Shown here piece after piece: positions 16,880-26,121 of a stretch of DNA of 32,000 nt (the first letter of the stretch is position 1; every line of letters begins with the position of its first letter). The stretch lies in assembly GCA_030668875.1 (NCBI GenBank), contig DAOVER010000023.1, positions 1-32,000 of the forward strand, written 5' to 3'. The DNA is from Candidatus Heimdallarchaeota archaeon. GTDB lineage: Archaea > Asgardarchaeota > Heimdallarchaeia > Heimdallarchaeales > Heimdallarchaeaceae. The notes beneath the pieces were generated by a model, which was not told where the DNA came from, ran no database searches, and saw only the letters and a list, made by a program, of their open reading frames with translations. The translations under genes were made by a program, and so were the position numbers.

Positions 16880-18139
16880 TTATTCAGTATCAACCCAAAA
16901 CTCGGCTAGTTCATCTTCTTCTTCAATTTTCCCTTTCCAATTAGAGTACTTTTTCATAATCTGTTCAATATCACCAGAGATTGAACGAGCTAATTCGGCA
17001 CCTGTAGATTTTTCAGCAATATCTTTTGGTGTAGAAGCTCTAATAGGTGGTCGGTAAGGAGCTGGTGATTCAGGTCTGCCCTTTAATGTTTTTTCTATTT
17101 CGTCACTTATTGTTTCAACTTCATCTGGAATAGGAATGTCAAAGATCACACCATCAATTTCCAATGCAGCTTCTCCATCCATTTCCAGTACAGCTCCTCC
17201 AACAATCTTTTCTTCTTTTTCTTTCTCTTCCTCTATATCATCTAACCAGGCTTGATGTTTATCTAGCTCTGCTTCATCATTCTTTTGATCTTTTATCATC
17301 TGGAATATTTCAGTTCTGATTGGTTTACTAGTATCCCAAGCCATTTGCCATAATAATGTTGATTGATATTCAGAAAATTTGAAACCCATTTTTTTACTCA
17401 TGAATTCAGTAAAGCTCCAGAATTTTTCCCCTAAAATATCAACTATTTTTTTCTCAGCTGATTTTGCATCAGATTCCACACTCAGAATTGTTTGAATTCC
17501 TTCTAATTGCTCAAAAACATACTTTCTTATGTATGGCCACAAATTTGGAAAGTTTATTATTATCTCTTTTTCCCTGTCTTGCTCAGATTCGGGTGTTTTT
17601 ACGAGTATTTTTTCTTTCTTATTAATTACACTAAGTACTAATTCTTCAACATTTTCAAATCCATTATTCTTTGCTATCATTTTGAGCGCTGAATCTATGG
17701 AGTAGAGCAAAGAAGCAGGATGCTCCAATTTTGCCTCTTTTAGCAAATCTTCAACAGCCAGTTCTGAACCAATAAAACCTAATGATAAAGCTACTCTGCT
17801 TTTTACAGAAATTTTAGGGTCTTTCCTTAAGGAAATAAGTAGTGAAGATATTGCTTGAGGTGAGGAAAATTTTCCTAATCCCCTTGCTGCTGATAATCTA
17901 ATATCTTCTTCATTATCCATTAAACAGAAGATTAGTGTTTCTATTGCTCTGTAATCGCCTATTTCAGAAAGTGATTTTATTGCATAAGTTCTATTTTCAG
18001 TACTATCTTGGCTCACAACCTTGATTAAATCCTCAACAGCCCTCTCATCCCTCAATTCACCTAGAGCTAAAATGGCTTCTTCTCTCTTAGCAGGATCGTC
18101 ATCTTTTAGCTGTTTGATTAGCTTGTTGATATTTGCCAT
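16880..18139 (-). CDS. HEAT-repeat (PBS-lyase/HEAT_2-like) protein with unknown acidic C-terminal region
   Basis: Repeats 'LKDDDPAKREEAILALGELRD', 'LMDNEEDIRLSAARGLGKF', 'KDPKISVKSRVALSLGFIG'. Confidence 0.85.
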   Translation of the reverse strand: MANINKLIKQLKDDDPAKREEAILALGELRDERAVEDLIKVVSQDSTENRTYAIKSLSEIGDYRAIETLIFCLMDNEEDIRLSAARGLGKFSSPQAISSLLISLRKDPKISVKSRVALSLGFIGSELAVEDLLKEAKLEHPASLLYSIDSALKMIAKNNGFENVEELVLSVINKKEKILVKTPESEQDREKEIIINFPNLWPYIRKYVFEQLEGIQTILSVESDAKSAEKKIVDILGEKFWSFTEFMSKKMGFKFSEYQSTLLWQMAWDTSKPIRTEIFQMIKDQKNDEAELDKHQAWLDDIEEEKEKEEKIVGGAVLEMDGEAALEIDGVIFDIPIPDEVETISDEIEKTLKGRPESPAPYRPPIRASTPKDIAEKSTGAELARSISGDIEQIMKKYSNWKGKIEEEDELAEFWVDTE

Positions 18140-18205
18140 ATTAAGAAATAATTATAACTGAAATATATAATTTTATTGTTGTTTTTAGGATATTTACTAG
18201 AAAAT

Positions 18206-19174
18206 TCACTGTTTCTGAAACAGATTCTTTCTCCAAGGATAATCTTCCTTTGCAATCAAAGTTACAGCTGAGTCTTCCTTGAAATCAATCATCTTTAGAT
18301 CTGTTCCATCAATTATCTGTTCAGAGAATTTTAATATTTTTGGAAACCTTGGCATTTGTTCGTAAGGTAATCTCTTTCTTGCATCTCCCACAGACATGAA
18401 TCCTTTTGGTTCAAGAAAATGTGCTTCTGATTTCAAAAATAGTTCAGCATATTTTTTTGGTTCTACCATATTGTATTCAGGAACCAAAGTTAATCTAACC
18501 ACTTTTCTAGTTTTTAATTCTGGTAGTATTTCCACAGTTCTCATAACATTTTCCCAAGCATTTTCAGTTGATGGTCGAGCAGTTTTCTCAAAAGATTCTT
18601 TTGTTGGAGCAATTAAAGTTACATAAAGTTGAGTTGGGAGCGTAGTTAAATTTTCAAGAACCTCTGGATTAGTGCCATTTGTTACGAGAAAGGTTGTCAT
18701 TCCTCTACTATGGAACTCTTTCATCAACTCACTAATTTTGGGATACAATGTTGGTTCTCCTGAAAGAGAAATTGCAGCATGTTTAGGCTGATAGGCTTCT
18801 AGGTATTTCTCTTCTGGCACTTTGTCGTGTTTATTGTACCCTGCTATTAGCTTTCTCTGTTGTTCAATCATTGCATCAACTATTTCCTTAGGTTCGTCAA
18901 CTTTGCATTCCATTCCACCTTTGTTATACCAGGATGCACTTCTCCAACAGAAAATGCATTTCAGGTTGCACCAAATTGTTGAGGGGGTACATTGTAAACA
19001 TTGGTGAGATGTGATGCCATAAAACTGGTTTTTGTAGCAAACTCCTTCACCCTTTAACGAATGTTTTAACCAAGTACAAGTCTTCACAGCTGAATGGTGT
19101 CCAGCTAGTCTATATTGTTGTTTTTCCAGTTTTTCTAGAACAGGTTCTGGGATAAAGCAGTATTCATCATTCAT
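18206..19174 (-). CDS. taw1: 4-demethylwyosine synthase (radical SAM, TYW1/Taw1), tRNA-Phe modification
   Basis: 'GHHSAVKTCTWL', 'CYKNQFYGITSHQCLQCTP', CxxxCxxC 'CNLKCIFCWR', 'HAAISLSGEPTLYP', 'TFLVTNGT'. Confidence 0.96.
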   Translation of the reverse strand: MNDEYCFIPEPVLEKLEKQQYRLAGHHSAVKTCTWLKHSLKGEGVCYKNQFYGITSHQCLQCTPSTIWCNLKCIFCWRSASWYNKGGMECKVDEPKEIVDAMIEQQRKLIAGYNKHDKVPEEKYLEAYQPKHAAISLSGEPTLYPKISELMKEFHSRGMTTFLVTNGTNPEVLENLTTLPTQLYVTLIAPTKESFEKTARPSTENAWENVMRTVEILPELKTRKVVRLTLVPEYNMVEPKKYAELFLKSEAHFLEPKGFMSVGDARKRLPYEQMPRFPKILKFSEQIIDGTDLKMIDFKEDSAVTLIAKEDYPWRKNLFQKQ

Positions 19175-19189
19175 TGAATTACCTCAGAT

Positions 19190-19202
19190 AAAGCATATTT
19201 TA
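19190..19202 (-). promoter_or_regulatory. TAAAATATGCTTT promoter-like motif upstream of taw1
   Basis: Exact 13-nt match to the core of the 31-bp repeat; begins 28 nt before the ATG at 19174. Confidence 0.55.
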
Positions 19203-19285
19203 CTGTTTTGTTTGAATTGAAATTAACAGAATAGAATAATGGAAGGATTTAATTTTCTAAATTGAGTGAAAGAAGAAAGAGAATC

Positions 19286-19681
19286 TTATCTCTCTGCTAG
19301 AGAGTCAAGAGTGATTTCATCTAGAAAGCCATGTCTACTTTGGTCACTTATCCAAAATTGTGCATCCCAATCATTATCAAATACTTTAACTCGATCTTTC
19401 AATTCTTTATTTTTAATCTTCTTCTTTTTCGCAAATAGAAAAGCTATTTTCTGTATGATTTTTCCTTTCAAATATAAAGAATCGGCTATAGCATTAACTA
19501 TGTCTTCTACTTCTTTTGGTTCGTAAGAAGATACATCAACTAAATAGAATAAAGGTTTCTTTGCATTATCTATTTGCTCTTTTAAACATCTTTCAAATTC
19601 CTCTTCCATCTTTGTATTAAATGAGCCTTTAAAATTCATTCTCACAACATTTTGGGATATGTATTGAACATGTATTGTCAT
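19286..19681 (-). CDS. STAS/SpoIIAA-like small protein
   Basis: 'VVRMNFKGSF', 'FYLVDVS', 'KIAFLF', and terminal 'VKVFDNDWDAQFWI' pattern. Confidence 0.6.
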   Translation of the reverse strand: MTIHVQYISQNVVRMNFKGSFNTKMEEEFERCLKEQIDNAKKPLFYLVDVSSYEPKEVEDIVNAIADSLYLKGKIIQKIAFLFAKKKKIKNKELKDRVKVFDNDWDAQFWISDQSRHGFLDEITLDSLAER

Positions 19682-19796
19682 ATTATCACGTATTTCCCAC
19701 GTTGTAAATAATTTCTTTTGGGATACTTAAAAAACATTTGTTCTAACCATGTTTTGGATTTTTTTCAAATTCACTTGCAATATACTTAAGAATCAG

Positions 19797-19828
19797 CCTG
19801 CTCTAATCAAACGTGAGTTAGAGCATGG
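19797..19828. promoter_or_regulatory. Inverted repeat TGCTCTAA-N11-TTAGAGCA overlapping the gtrA-like start codon
   Basis: 8-bp perfect arms at 19799-19806 and 19818-19825, extendable with bulges (inner TCA/TGA, outer CC/GG). Confidence 0.5.
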
Positions 19829-20358
19829 AAAACGAAAAGATCAAAGAAGAAAAAGAATCCTTCCTGGATAAAGAGAGGAGAGAGCGAGCGATTAAATTTC
19901 TTATAGTTAGTCTAGGTGGTTTAGGGTTAAATGAACTTTTCGCGTTTCTATCATTACTTGTTTTGAATGCTACTGTTGAACAAGATCCTGTGATAAGTTT
20001 TCCTGTAACAAGTTCTTGGATTATTGACATCCATAAAGTAATAATTGCAGGAGCTGTAGCAATAATTTTTGTAATGTTTTACAATTATATTATCAATAAA
20101 ATTTGGACATACAGGAAGCAAGAAAAAAATACAGAGTTCAACAATATTCACCAGTTCATCAAATTTGCCATAGTAGGAGCTGTTGGAGCTGTTATTAATC
20201 TAGGTCTTATCCAACTTTTCTCCGTTATAATTGGATGGAATGATTATCTTGCTTTTGCTATTGGTTTCACTGTTTCAGTTATTTCGAATTTCATATTCAA
20301 TGATATCTGGACATTCAACCCAAAGTTTGGTAAGAAAAGAGATAAGGTCAAAGACTAG
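19825..20358 (+). CDS. GtrA-family membrane protein (putative lipid-linked sugar flippase)
   Basis: Two homologous halves 'IKFLIVSLGG...NYIINKIWTY' and 'FIKFAIVGAVGAVIN...NFIFNDIWTF'; four TM helices. Confidence 0.88.
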   Translation: MENEKIKEEKESFLDKERRERAIKFLIVSLGGLGLNELFAFLSLLVLNATVEQDPVISFPVTSSWIIDIHKVIIAGAVAIIFVMFYNYIINKIWTYRKQEKNTEFNNIHQFIKFAIVGAVGAVINLGLIQLFSVIIGWNDYLAFAIGFTVSVISNFIFNDIWTFNPKFGKKRDKVKD

Positions 20359-20363
20359 GAAGG

Positions 20364-20723
20364 TTATTTCCCACAATTTTCGCAGATGTTAGACGAATTG
20401 GATTTAGGAGCACCACAGTATTTACAGACTTTTTCCTCGGTTTCATTGAAAGTTCTTACTTCATTAGTGAAATCATCACGTTCAATTCGTTCATCGTAAT
20501 GCACAGACAATTTGTTTGAGAGACTATCAAACTGCTTGGAAACGTGTCTTTTTCTAAAATATCTTGCTAGCCAGATGATTACAACAGCAGCTGTAATAAC
20601 AATAATATAGATATTGTACTCTCCAGTATCAAAAGTGAACCAGAGATAGATGGCCAAAGAAAAAACACCCAAGAGCGCCCATGGAACACCTCTTCTATTT
20701 GATACGCGATATTTCTTTGACAT
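20364..20723 (-). CDS. Small membrane protein with C-terminal zinc ribbon
   Basis: Two N-terminal TM helices; 'CKYCGAPKSNSSNICENCG'. Confidence 0.75.
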   Translation of the reverse strand: MSKKYRVSNRRGVPWALLGVFSLAIYLWFTFDTGEYNIYIIVITAAVVIIWLARYFRKRHVSKQFDSLSNKLSVHYDERIERDDFTNEVRTFNETEEKVCKYCGAPKSNSSNICENCGK

Positions 20724-20767
20724 CTGATTTGTAAATTAAAACGACTATTAATAAACTGTGCTAAATA

Positions 20768-22543
20768 TCAGACTTCTTTACTGAAAGTAGGGGGGAGAAA
20801 CTCAAACTCCAATAGTTTCAGTTGTTCAAGATTAAAGGGGAAGGGTTCAGGAAGATGAGTGATTATTTTCCTCCAATCATTATTTTCTCTTGACCAAGTG
20901 TTAAAATCTAAAACATTGAAAGGTCTATCAAATCTTAGAGGTTTTTTCAGTTCTATGTTATTCAAACAATCCTCCATTTGTTCTCTAAATTTCTCATAGT
21001 AATATATTTCAGAGTTGTTTAGAATGAGAAGAGATTTTGCATCATTAAATTCGTCATCTGCTTTCATAAGATAGATTTCAGCGCGAGCCTTGTTTCCTTT
21101 GTAAACCTGCACTAGTGCTAAGATGGAATAACCATATATTGGAACATATCTGTTATTATATAGCATCTGATAGACTTCAGATGCTCTCTCGAAATAGCTT
21201 ATTGAAGCGTCAAGATACTCTACTATTTGATTCTCTGTCCATCGACTTAGCCAATATTCTCCTAAGAGTAAGGATAATTCCGGGTCACAAATATCTATAT
21301 TACTAGTTTTAATGATCTCTTCCATTGTTTTAAGATTGTTAGCTAAGCCATAAACATAAGCACCAAAGGCAATTTTAGTGTAAATATTTATCATGTTATA
21401 AGAAATACCAAGATCTTGTCGCCTAGAAAGCTGTAAAAGTATTTTTAGATATTCTTCAATTTCCCGTAGGATCTCATGCACTTCATGTTTAATAGAAGTT
21501 TGAGTTAATTTAGCCTTATCGTCTTTTATATCCCCCACGTACACTGAATTCTTATACTGTGTTCTAACAATTCTATTCAAAATCTGGTAAAATTGTGTTT
21601 CGAGAAGTAAGGTTTTCTGTTGGAAATAATAACTCTGCACCAAATGAGAATTTTGCGGGCTTTCCATGTATTGCTCCAATACTTGAAGAGAGTGAACATT
21701 TTCAACATTAGCTAAATTTAGATATTCTTCCACATTTTCGTTTAGATATTTAGCATTGAGTAAATATAGCTGAGCCTTTAATGAATAAAGGGATGATTCA
21801 GAAGTTTTAGTCCTTATCAAACCCAGCTCCGTATCCTCTACTTCTTCAAGGTGAACATGTCCAATCAGTGCTTTCTGAATAGCCACTTCAAATAATTTAC
21901 TCCATGAAATGAACTCTTCCTTTGGGATAACTGGGATTGTAACTAGGAAATTATACAGAGTTAAGACTAAAAGCTGGGCGTAGTTTGTTGCAGATTTTAT
22001 TATTTCTAATTTAGATTTCTTATCAAGATTTAGTCTTAAGACAGAATCTAGTTGCATGTAATCAATAAGGAATTGTAAATTCCGTTTCTCTTTCTGTAGT
22101 AGTTCAGAAATCTTATCCTTGGCAGGAAGTTTACCGTATTCAATAGTTTCATCTAATGTTGAATGAAGAGTGTAGAAGGGATTTAGACCTTTTAGTTTGG
22201 AGAATAGATCAATAAACGCGGATAGTGCTGGGTAAAGTAAAAATTGCGAACCACATTTCTCTACTGCTTCCCACATAGATTTGATACTGAAAGTTAGAAA
22301 ATCAAAATACTCTTTTTTATATACACCAGATAATCTGTAAAGACCTGACAAGAAGTATTTGAATACTGCAATTCTTTCAATAAAGCGATCAACAGCTGTT
22401 TGCTTCTGAGACATCGAAATGATTATAGAATCTAACATTTCTTGAACAAAATTTATCTTATCCTTTGGAGGTAAAGAATGAAATCTTTGATGCTCTGAAT
22501 CAAGCTCTTTGGTCATTAAGTATATATTTACAAAATCACTCAT
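20768..22543 (-). CDS. Hypothetical all-alpha (TPR-like) protein
   Basis: 591-aa ORF of amphipathic helices; TPR-like 'GYSILALVQVYKGNKARAEIYLMKA'; no catalytic motif recognised. Confidence 0.6.
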   Translation of the reverse strand: MSDFVNIYLMTKELDSEHQRFHSLPPKDKINFVQEMLDSIIISMSQKQTAVDRFIERIAVFKYFLSGLYRLSGVYKKEYFDFLTFSIKSMWEAVEKCGSQFLLYPALSAFIDLFSKLKGLNPFYTLHSTLDETIEYGKLPAKDKISELLQKEKRNLQFLIDYMQLDSVLRLNLDKKSKLEIIKSATNYAQLLVLTLYNFLVTIPVIPKEEFISWSKLFEVAIQKALIGHVHLEEVEDTELGLIRTKTSESSLYSLKAQLYLLNAKYLNENVEEYLNLANVENVHSLQVLEQYMESPQNSHLVQSYYFQQKTLLLETQFYQILNRIVRTQYKNSVYVGDIKDDKAKLTQTSIKHEVHEILREIEEYLKILLQLSRRQDLGISYNMINIYTKIAFGAYVYGLANNLKTMEEIIKTSNIDICDPELSLLLGEYWLSRWTENQIVEYLDASISYFERASEVYQMLYNNRYVPIYGYSILALVQVYKGNKARAEIYLMKADDEFNDAKSLLILNNSEIYYYEKFREQMEDCLNNIELKKPLRFDRPFNVLDFNTWSRENNDWRKIITHLPEPFPFNLEQLKLLEFEFLPPTFSKEV

Positions 22544-22566
22544 AAAGGTGACGAAATTCCTAGTGG

Positions 22567-22596
22567 AAAGAAAAGAAAAGCGAAAAGAAAAAACAA
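22567..22596 (-). terminator. U-rich archaeal terminator-like tract after aor
   Basis: Minus strand TTGTTTTTTCTTTTCGCTTTTCTTTTCTTT directly follows the stop codon. Confidence 0.55.
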
Positions 22597-24411
22597 TTAG
22601 AATTCGAGTTCTAATCTTTTCATTTCTTCAGCTGTTGGGTAACCTTCTGTATCTAAACCTCTTTTCTCATAGAGTGCTTGCATGGATCTCTTGAAATCTT
22701 CCTCGTTAACAAAAGCAGTCTTCCCTTTTGCCCTTCCAGATGGCAAAGGTTCAGTCATAAATCTTTTAGGCAAAGTATCGAATTCAAAGGGTTTCTTATC
22801 ACTATATTCTCTGATATTAAACATTCGTTTAAGCAGCCAAATTCTTCTCGCAACATTAGTAAGTTCTTCATCGGTCACAGATTTGTCCCAAACAGATTCT
22901 GTAATTCTTCTACATCCTTCGAATTTTAACGGAGGACTTATACTATGAGTAAAGTGACAGATAGTTAAAGAATCTTTGATGGTTTTAACATCTTGTTCAT
23001 GAACGAGAGAATCGATTATTTCAAGAGCACTTCTATCAGGAATTTCTCTAGTAGCAGGCCACCCTCGTAAATGTGATGCTCCTACAGCAGCTGTTGCATA
23101 GCTAAGCCCTAACCCTAGTTTGCCTCTAGGATCCCATGCTGGAAACGGCAAACCTTTCGAATGGATAGCTAGATGTTCAATATTCCATTTTTTAGAAGCA
23201 TAAACTATACCATTAGCTAAGATATCTCCAAGCCCTTCTCTATAGGCTATTTTATGAATTAAATCAAAGATAGCTTCCTTATTGCCAAAACGAATATTCT
23301 CGAATTCTTCTCCCTTAAGCAAACCTTTCTCAACTGCTTCCATTACCATAGCAATAGAACTCCCTGTACTAATTGTGTCTAGACCTAATTGGTTGCACAA
23401 ATAATTTACGTGAATAATTGTTTCTATATCACCTAAGCCTAAGTTTCCACCCATCATTCCAAGTGTCTCATATTCAGGTTTGGCTATCTCTTTCTCATCT
23501 GTCCATTCAAAGATTGAAGCATCTAAGGTCTCAGAACAGGCTATAGGGCATTGGAAACATGGTCTTCTAAATCTTTTATAGAGTTTATCGAGAACTTCAT
23601 GAGTTATCTTTTCATGATCTTCAAACTCACCTGATTGGAAATTACGCGTAGGAAATTGGGTGTTATAGTTTGCAATATTGACTAGCCAACTAGTTCCGTG
23701 TTTATAGAGCATGTGCCCATCATCTTTTGCAGTTTTAGCTCTTTTATTAAGCTCTTTTCTCATTTCATCAATCTTATCAGGATTACCATTTGTTGGTCTA
23801 TTGGAACCTTTAATCGCAACAGCTTTAAGGTTCTTTGAACCGAAAACAGCTCCTATTCCCCCTCTTCCAGCATTTCTAAATCTATCAGAAGTTGTACAAG
23901 AAATCTTAACTTGATTTTCTCCAGCTGGTCCAATAGCTAGAATTCTCATTTTAGGTTCATTTTCGTTTTCTTTTATCAGCTCATCAGTTTCATGAACTCT
24001 TTGTCCCCAGAGTTGCTTAGCATCTTTGATTTCTACTTTATCATCTTTAATCGAGATATAACAAGGATTATTGGACTTTCCTTCGATTATGATTAGATCA
24101 TAACCAGCCATTCTAATTTCACTGCCAAAGAAACCTCCAGCATTGCCATCGATGAAGAAACCTGTCAGAGGGCTTTTCGTCCCAACAGAATATCGTCCAG
24201 AGATGGGTATCCTAGTCCCCTGGATAGGACCTGGTGCGAGAATGATTTTATTATCAGAAGAAAGAGGATCAATCTTAGCTTCAAGCTCTTTGTAAAGGAA
24301 GTAACTCAAATAGCCTGTTCCACCCATGTATTGGAAAACAACAGAATCGGGAATTTTTTCTGTAGTTACTGTTCCTTCAGTTAAATTAATCCGTAAAAGA
24401 TTGTCATTCAT
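22597..24411 (-). CDS. aor: Tungsten-dependent aldehyde:ferredoxin oxidoreductase family protein
   Basis: 'KSPLTG', 'AGRGGIGAVFGSKNLKAVAI', 'CFQCPIAC', 'PEYET', 'CNQLGLDTISTG', 'ASHLRG', 'DSLTIC', 'DTLPKRFMTEPLPSG', 'RGLDTEGYPT'; GGAG RBS. Confidence 0.95.
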   Translation of the reverse strand: MNDNLLRINLTEGTVTTEKIPDSVVFQYMGGTGYLSYFLYKELEAKIDPLSSDNKIILAPGPIQGTRIPISGRYSVGTKSPLTGFFIDGNAGGFFGSEIRMAGYDLIIIEGKSNNPCYISIKDDKVEIKDAKQLWGQRVHETDELIKENENEPKMRILAIGPAGENQVKISCTTSDRFRNAGRGGIGAVFGSKNLKAVAIKGSNRPTNGNPDKIDEMRKELNKRAKTAKDDGHMLYKHGTSWLVNIANYNTQFPTRNFQSGEFEDHEKITHEVLDKLYKRFRRPCFQCPIACSETLDASIFEWTDEKEIAKPEYETLGMMGGNLGLGDIETIIHVNYLCNQLGLDTISTGSSIAMVMEAVEKGLLKGEEFENIRFGNKEAIFDLIHKIAYREGLGDILANGIVYASKKWNIEHLAIHSKGLPFPAWDPRGKLGLGLSYATAAVGASHLRGWPATREIPDRSALEIIDSLVHEQDVKTIKDSLTICHFTHSISPPLKFEGCRRITESVWDKSVTDEELTNVARRIWLLKRMFNIREYSDKKPFEFDTLPKRFMTEPLPSGRAKGKTAFVNEEDFKRSMQALYEKRGLDTEGYPTAEEMKRLELEF

Positions 24412-24495
24412 GCATCTCCAGAAATTTGAGATTTTTTAAATATTGTTTTCCAACTGAAACAAAAATCACTTTTGAGATGACACAAGAGTATATTC

Positions 24496-24936
24496 TTGCT
24501 AGAAATTCTTAATACAAATAAGGATAAAATCAAAACCATGATTGTGTGTGACTCCTTCAAAGCTCTCTTTAAAACAGGAAAATTTAGAAGAAAGGATACT
24601 ATCACTACTATTGCTAAATGTTTTGAGAAAACTTGCTTGTATAAACCAATTGCTGAAATTAGTCATGACATAGGTGTAGTTAATGTTGGTAAAGCAAAGA
24701 GTAAACGATTAGCTTTAAGAAAAGCTCTAAAATTAATTTCTAGAGAACTTTCTAATGAAGTTGATTATGACCTTGTATTTTCAAAAATTGAATCTGATAA
24801 ATATTTCTCAATAATTGAGAAAAAGATTAGAAAACAATTTAGGATTAAGGAAGTACTCCATTGGGAATCTTCACCTATAGTAATCTGGGCTATCGGAAAA
24901 AAAAGCATCAAATTTGCATTAATCCCTCATTTCTAA
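24496..24936 (+). CDS. Hypothetical basic protein; start uncertain
   Basis: 146-aa ORF filling the gap between aor and the Fe-S gene; TTG start or internal ATG at 24538; no motif recognised. Confidence 0.5.
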   Translation: MLEILNTNKDKIKTMIVCDSFKALFKTGKFRRKDTITTIAKCFEKTCLYKPIAEISHDIGVVNVGKAKSKRLALRKALKLISRELSNEVDYDLVFSKIESDKYFSIIEKKIRKQFRIKEVLHWESSPIVIWAIGKKSIKFALIPHF

Positions 24937-24995
24937 TTCTATAAAAGTTAATTAATCCATATTTAGTTCATCGCAGTTTTTCATTTAACCTGTCT

Positions 24996-25958
24996 TCAAG
25001 ATTTCTTACTCTTTTTTAGGAACCCTTCTTTAATCTGTTCATATGAAGTGTAATTAAATGGGCAAACTTTGATACAAACACTACAACCATATTCATTCAT
25101 AAAATGAGGCATACATTTAGTATTTTCAACATGGGTTATTTGACCACTTTCATGGAGTACTGGCTCATCTAGAATTGCTCCACCAGGACATTCTTTGATG
25201 CACTTTTTACATTGTTTACAATATTCTCTTACCCATGCATGTTCGTCTTTTTCAGTTTTTGGTAGATTTTCAATACTCGTATAAACAGCTGTAAGCCTAA
25301 AACGAGGACCAAATTCTGGTGAGATCATAATTCCTGAGTAACCCAGAGAAGCTAAACCTGCTAATTGAGCCATAGGAGGATATAACGCGGCACCCATGAG
25401 AGGATGACCAGCATGAGCTGCGAAACCTTTCTTTCGAAGAAATGCTGCAATTTTATTTGAGACTATTCCCAAGTCGTCATATGTTTTCAACACTTCATGA
25501 AGACATTTAACACTAGGAGCAGTATCTATTTTTTCTTTGTCCATCTCAAATCCTAGAACAATGACATTTGTACTTAGAACTGCCTTATTTTCAAAAACGA
25601 GGTGTTCCGGAATTTGAGCGTATCCAACTATACCAGCACCCTTCTTATTGGCTAGTTTCACTAAATCTGCTAGTTCCTCATCAGTGATAGTAGTCCTTGG
25701 TTCCTCAGGATTATTCTTCAAAGAATTAATTACTTTGTTCTGATTTCTAATAACAGAAACCATCATTGGAACAACTCTAGGACCGAATCCTGATCTTTTT
25801 CCATACTTGCTACCTTCTAGCATAATCTCATATCTTGCAGGGGAATCTTTAGTGAATTTTACAAAATCTTCTTTCTCGGATAAACTGTTTTCTCTCTCAA
25901 ATAGCCCTCCCATAAATTTTTCCATTATGAAATTTTGAAATTTATCTAATATACTCAT
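24996..25958 (-). CDS. Reductive dehalogenase/QueG-superfamily 2x[4Fe-4S] protein (cobalamin-binding type), no TAT signal
   Basis: 'GAGIVGYA', 'VIVLGFEMD', 'AGLASLGYSGIMISPEFGPRFRLTAVYT', 'CKQCKKCIKECP', 'C...GCSVCIKVCPFN'. Confidence 0.8.
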   Translation of the reverse strand: MSILDKFQNFIMEKFMGGLFERENSLSEKEDFVKFTKDSPARYEIMLEGSKYGKRSGFGPRVVPMMVSVIRNQNKVINSLKNNPEEPRTTITDEELADLVKLANKKGAGIVGYAQIPEHLVFENKAVLSTNVIVLGFEMDKEKIDTAPSVKCLHEVLKTYDDLGIVSNKIAAFLRKKGFAAHAGHPLMGAALYPPMAQLAGLASLGYSGIMISPEFGPRFRLTAVYTSIENLPKTEKDEHAWVREYCKQCKKCIKECPGGAILDEPVLHESGQITHVENTKCMPHFMNEYGCSVCIKVCPFNYTSYEQIKEGFLKKSKKS

Positions 25959-26121
25959 TAAACCACTCTATTAGATAAGAAACATCAAATTAGGTTATTA
26001 AATGTTATCTCAATTTTTGTTATTTCTCAAAACCTTCCTTTATCGTCGCATAATCAGTGTAATCATATTCATTTTAAAAAAGGTTATAACTGTTTAAGCA
26101 ATGGATAAAGTGGTTTACTGT

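Noticed and set aside
24477-24512. Upstream ATG (MTQEYILARNS*) out of frame with 24496..24936, suggesting a frameshift
   Set aside because: No slippery site or homology supports it; it cannot be distinguished from a chance ATG.
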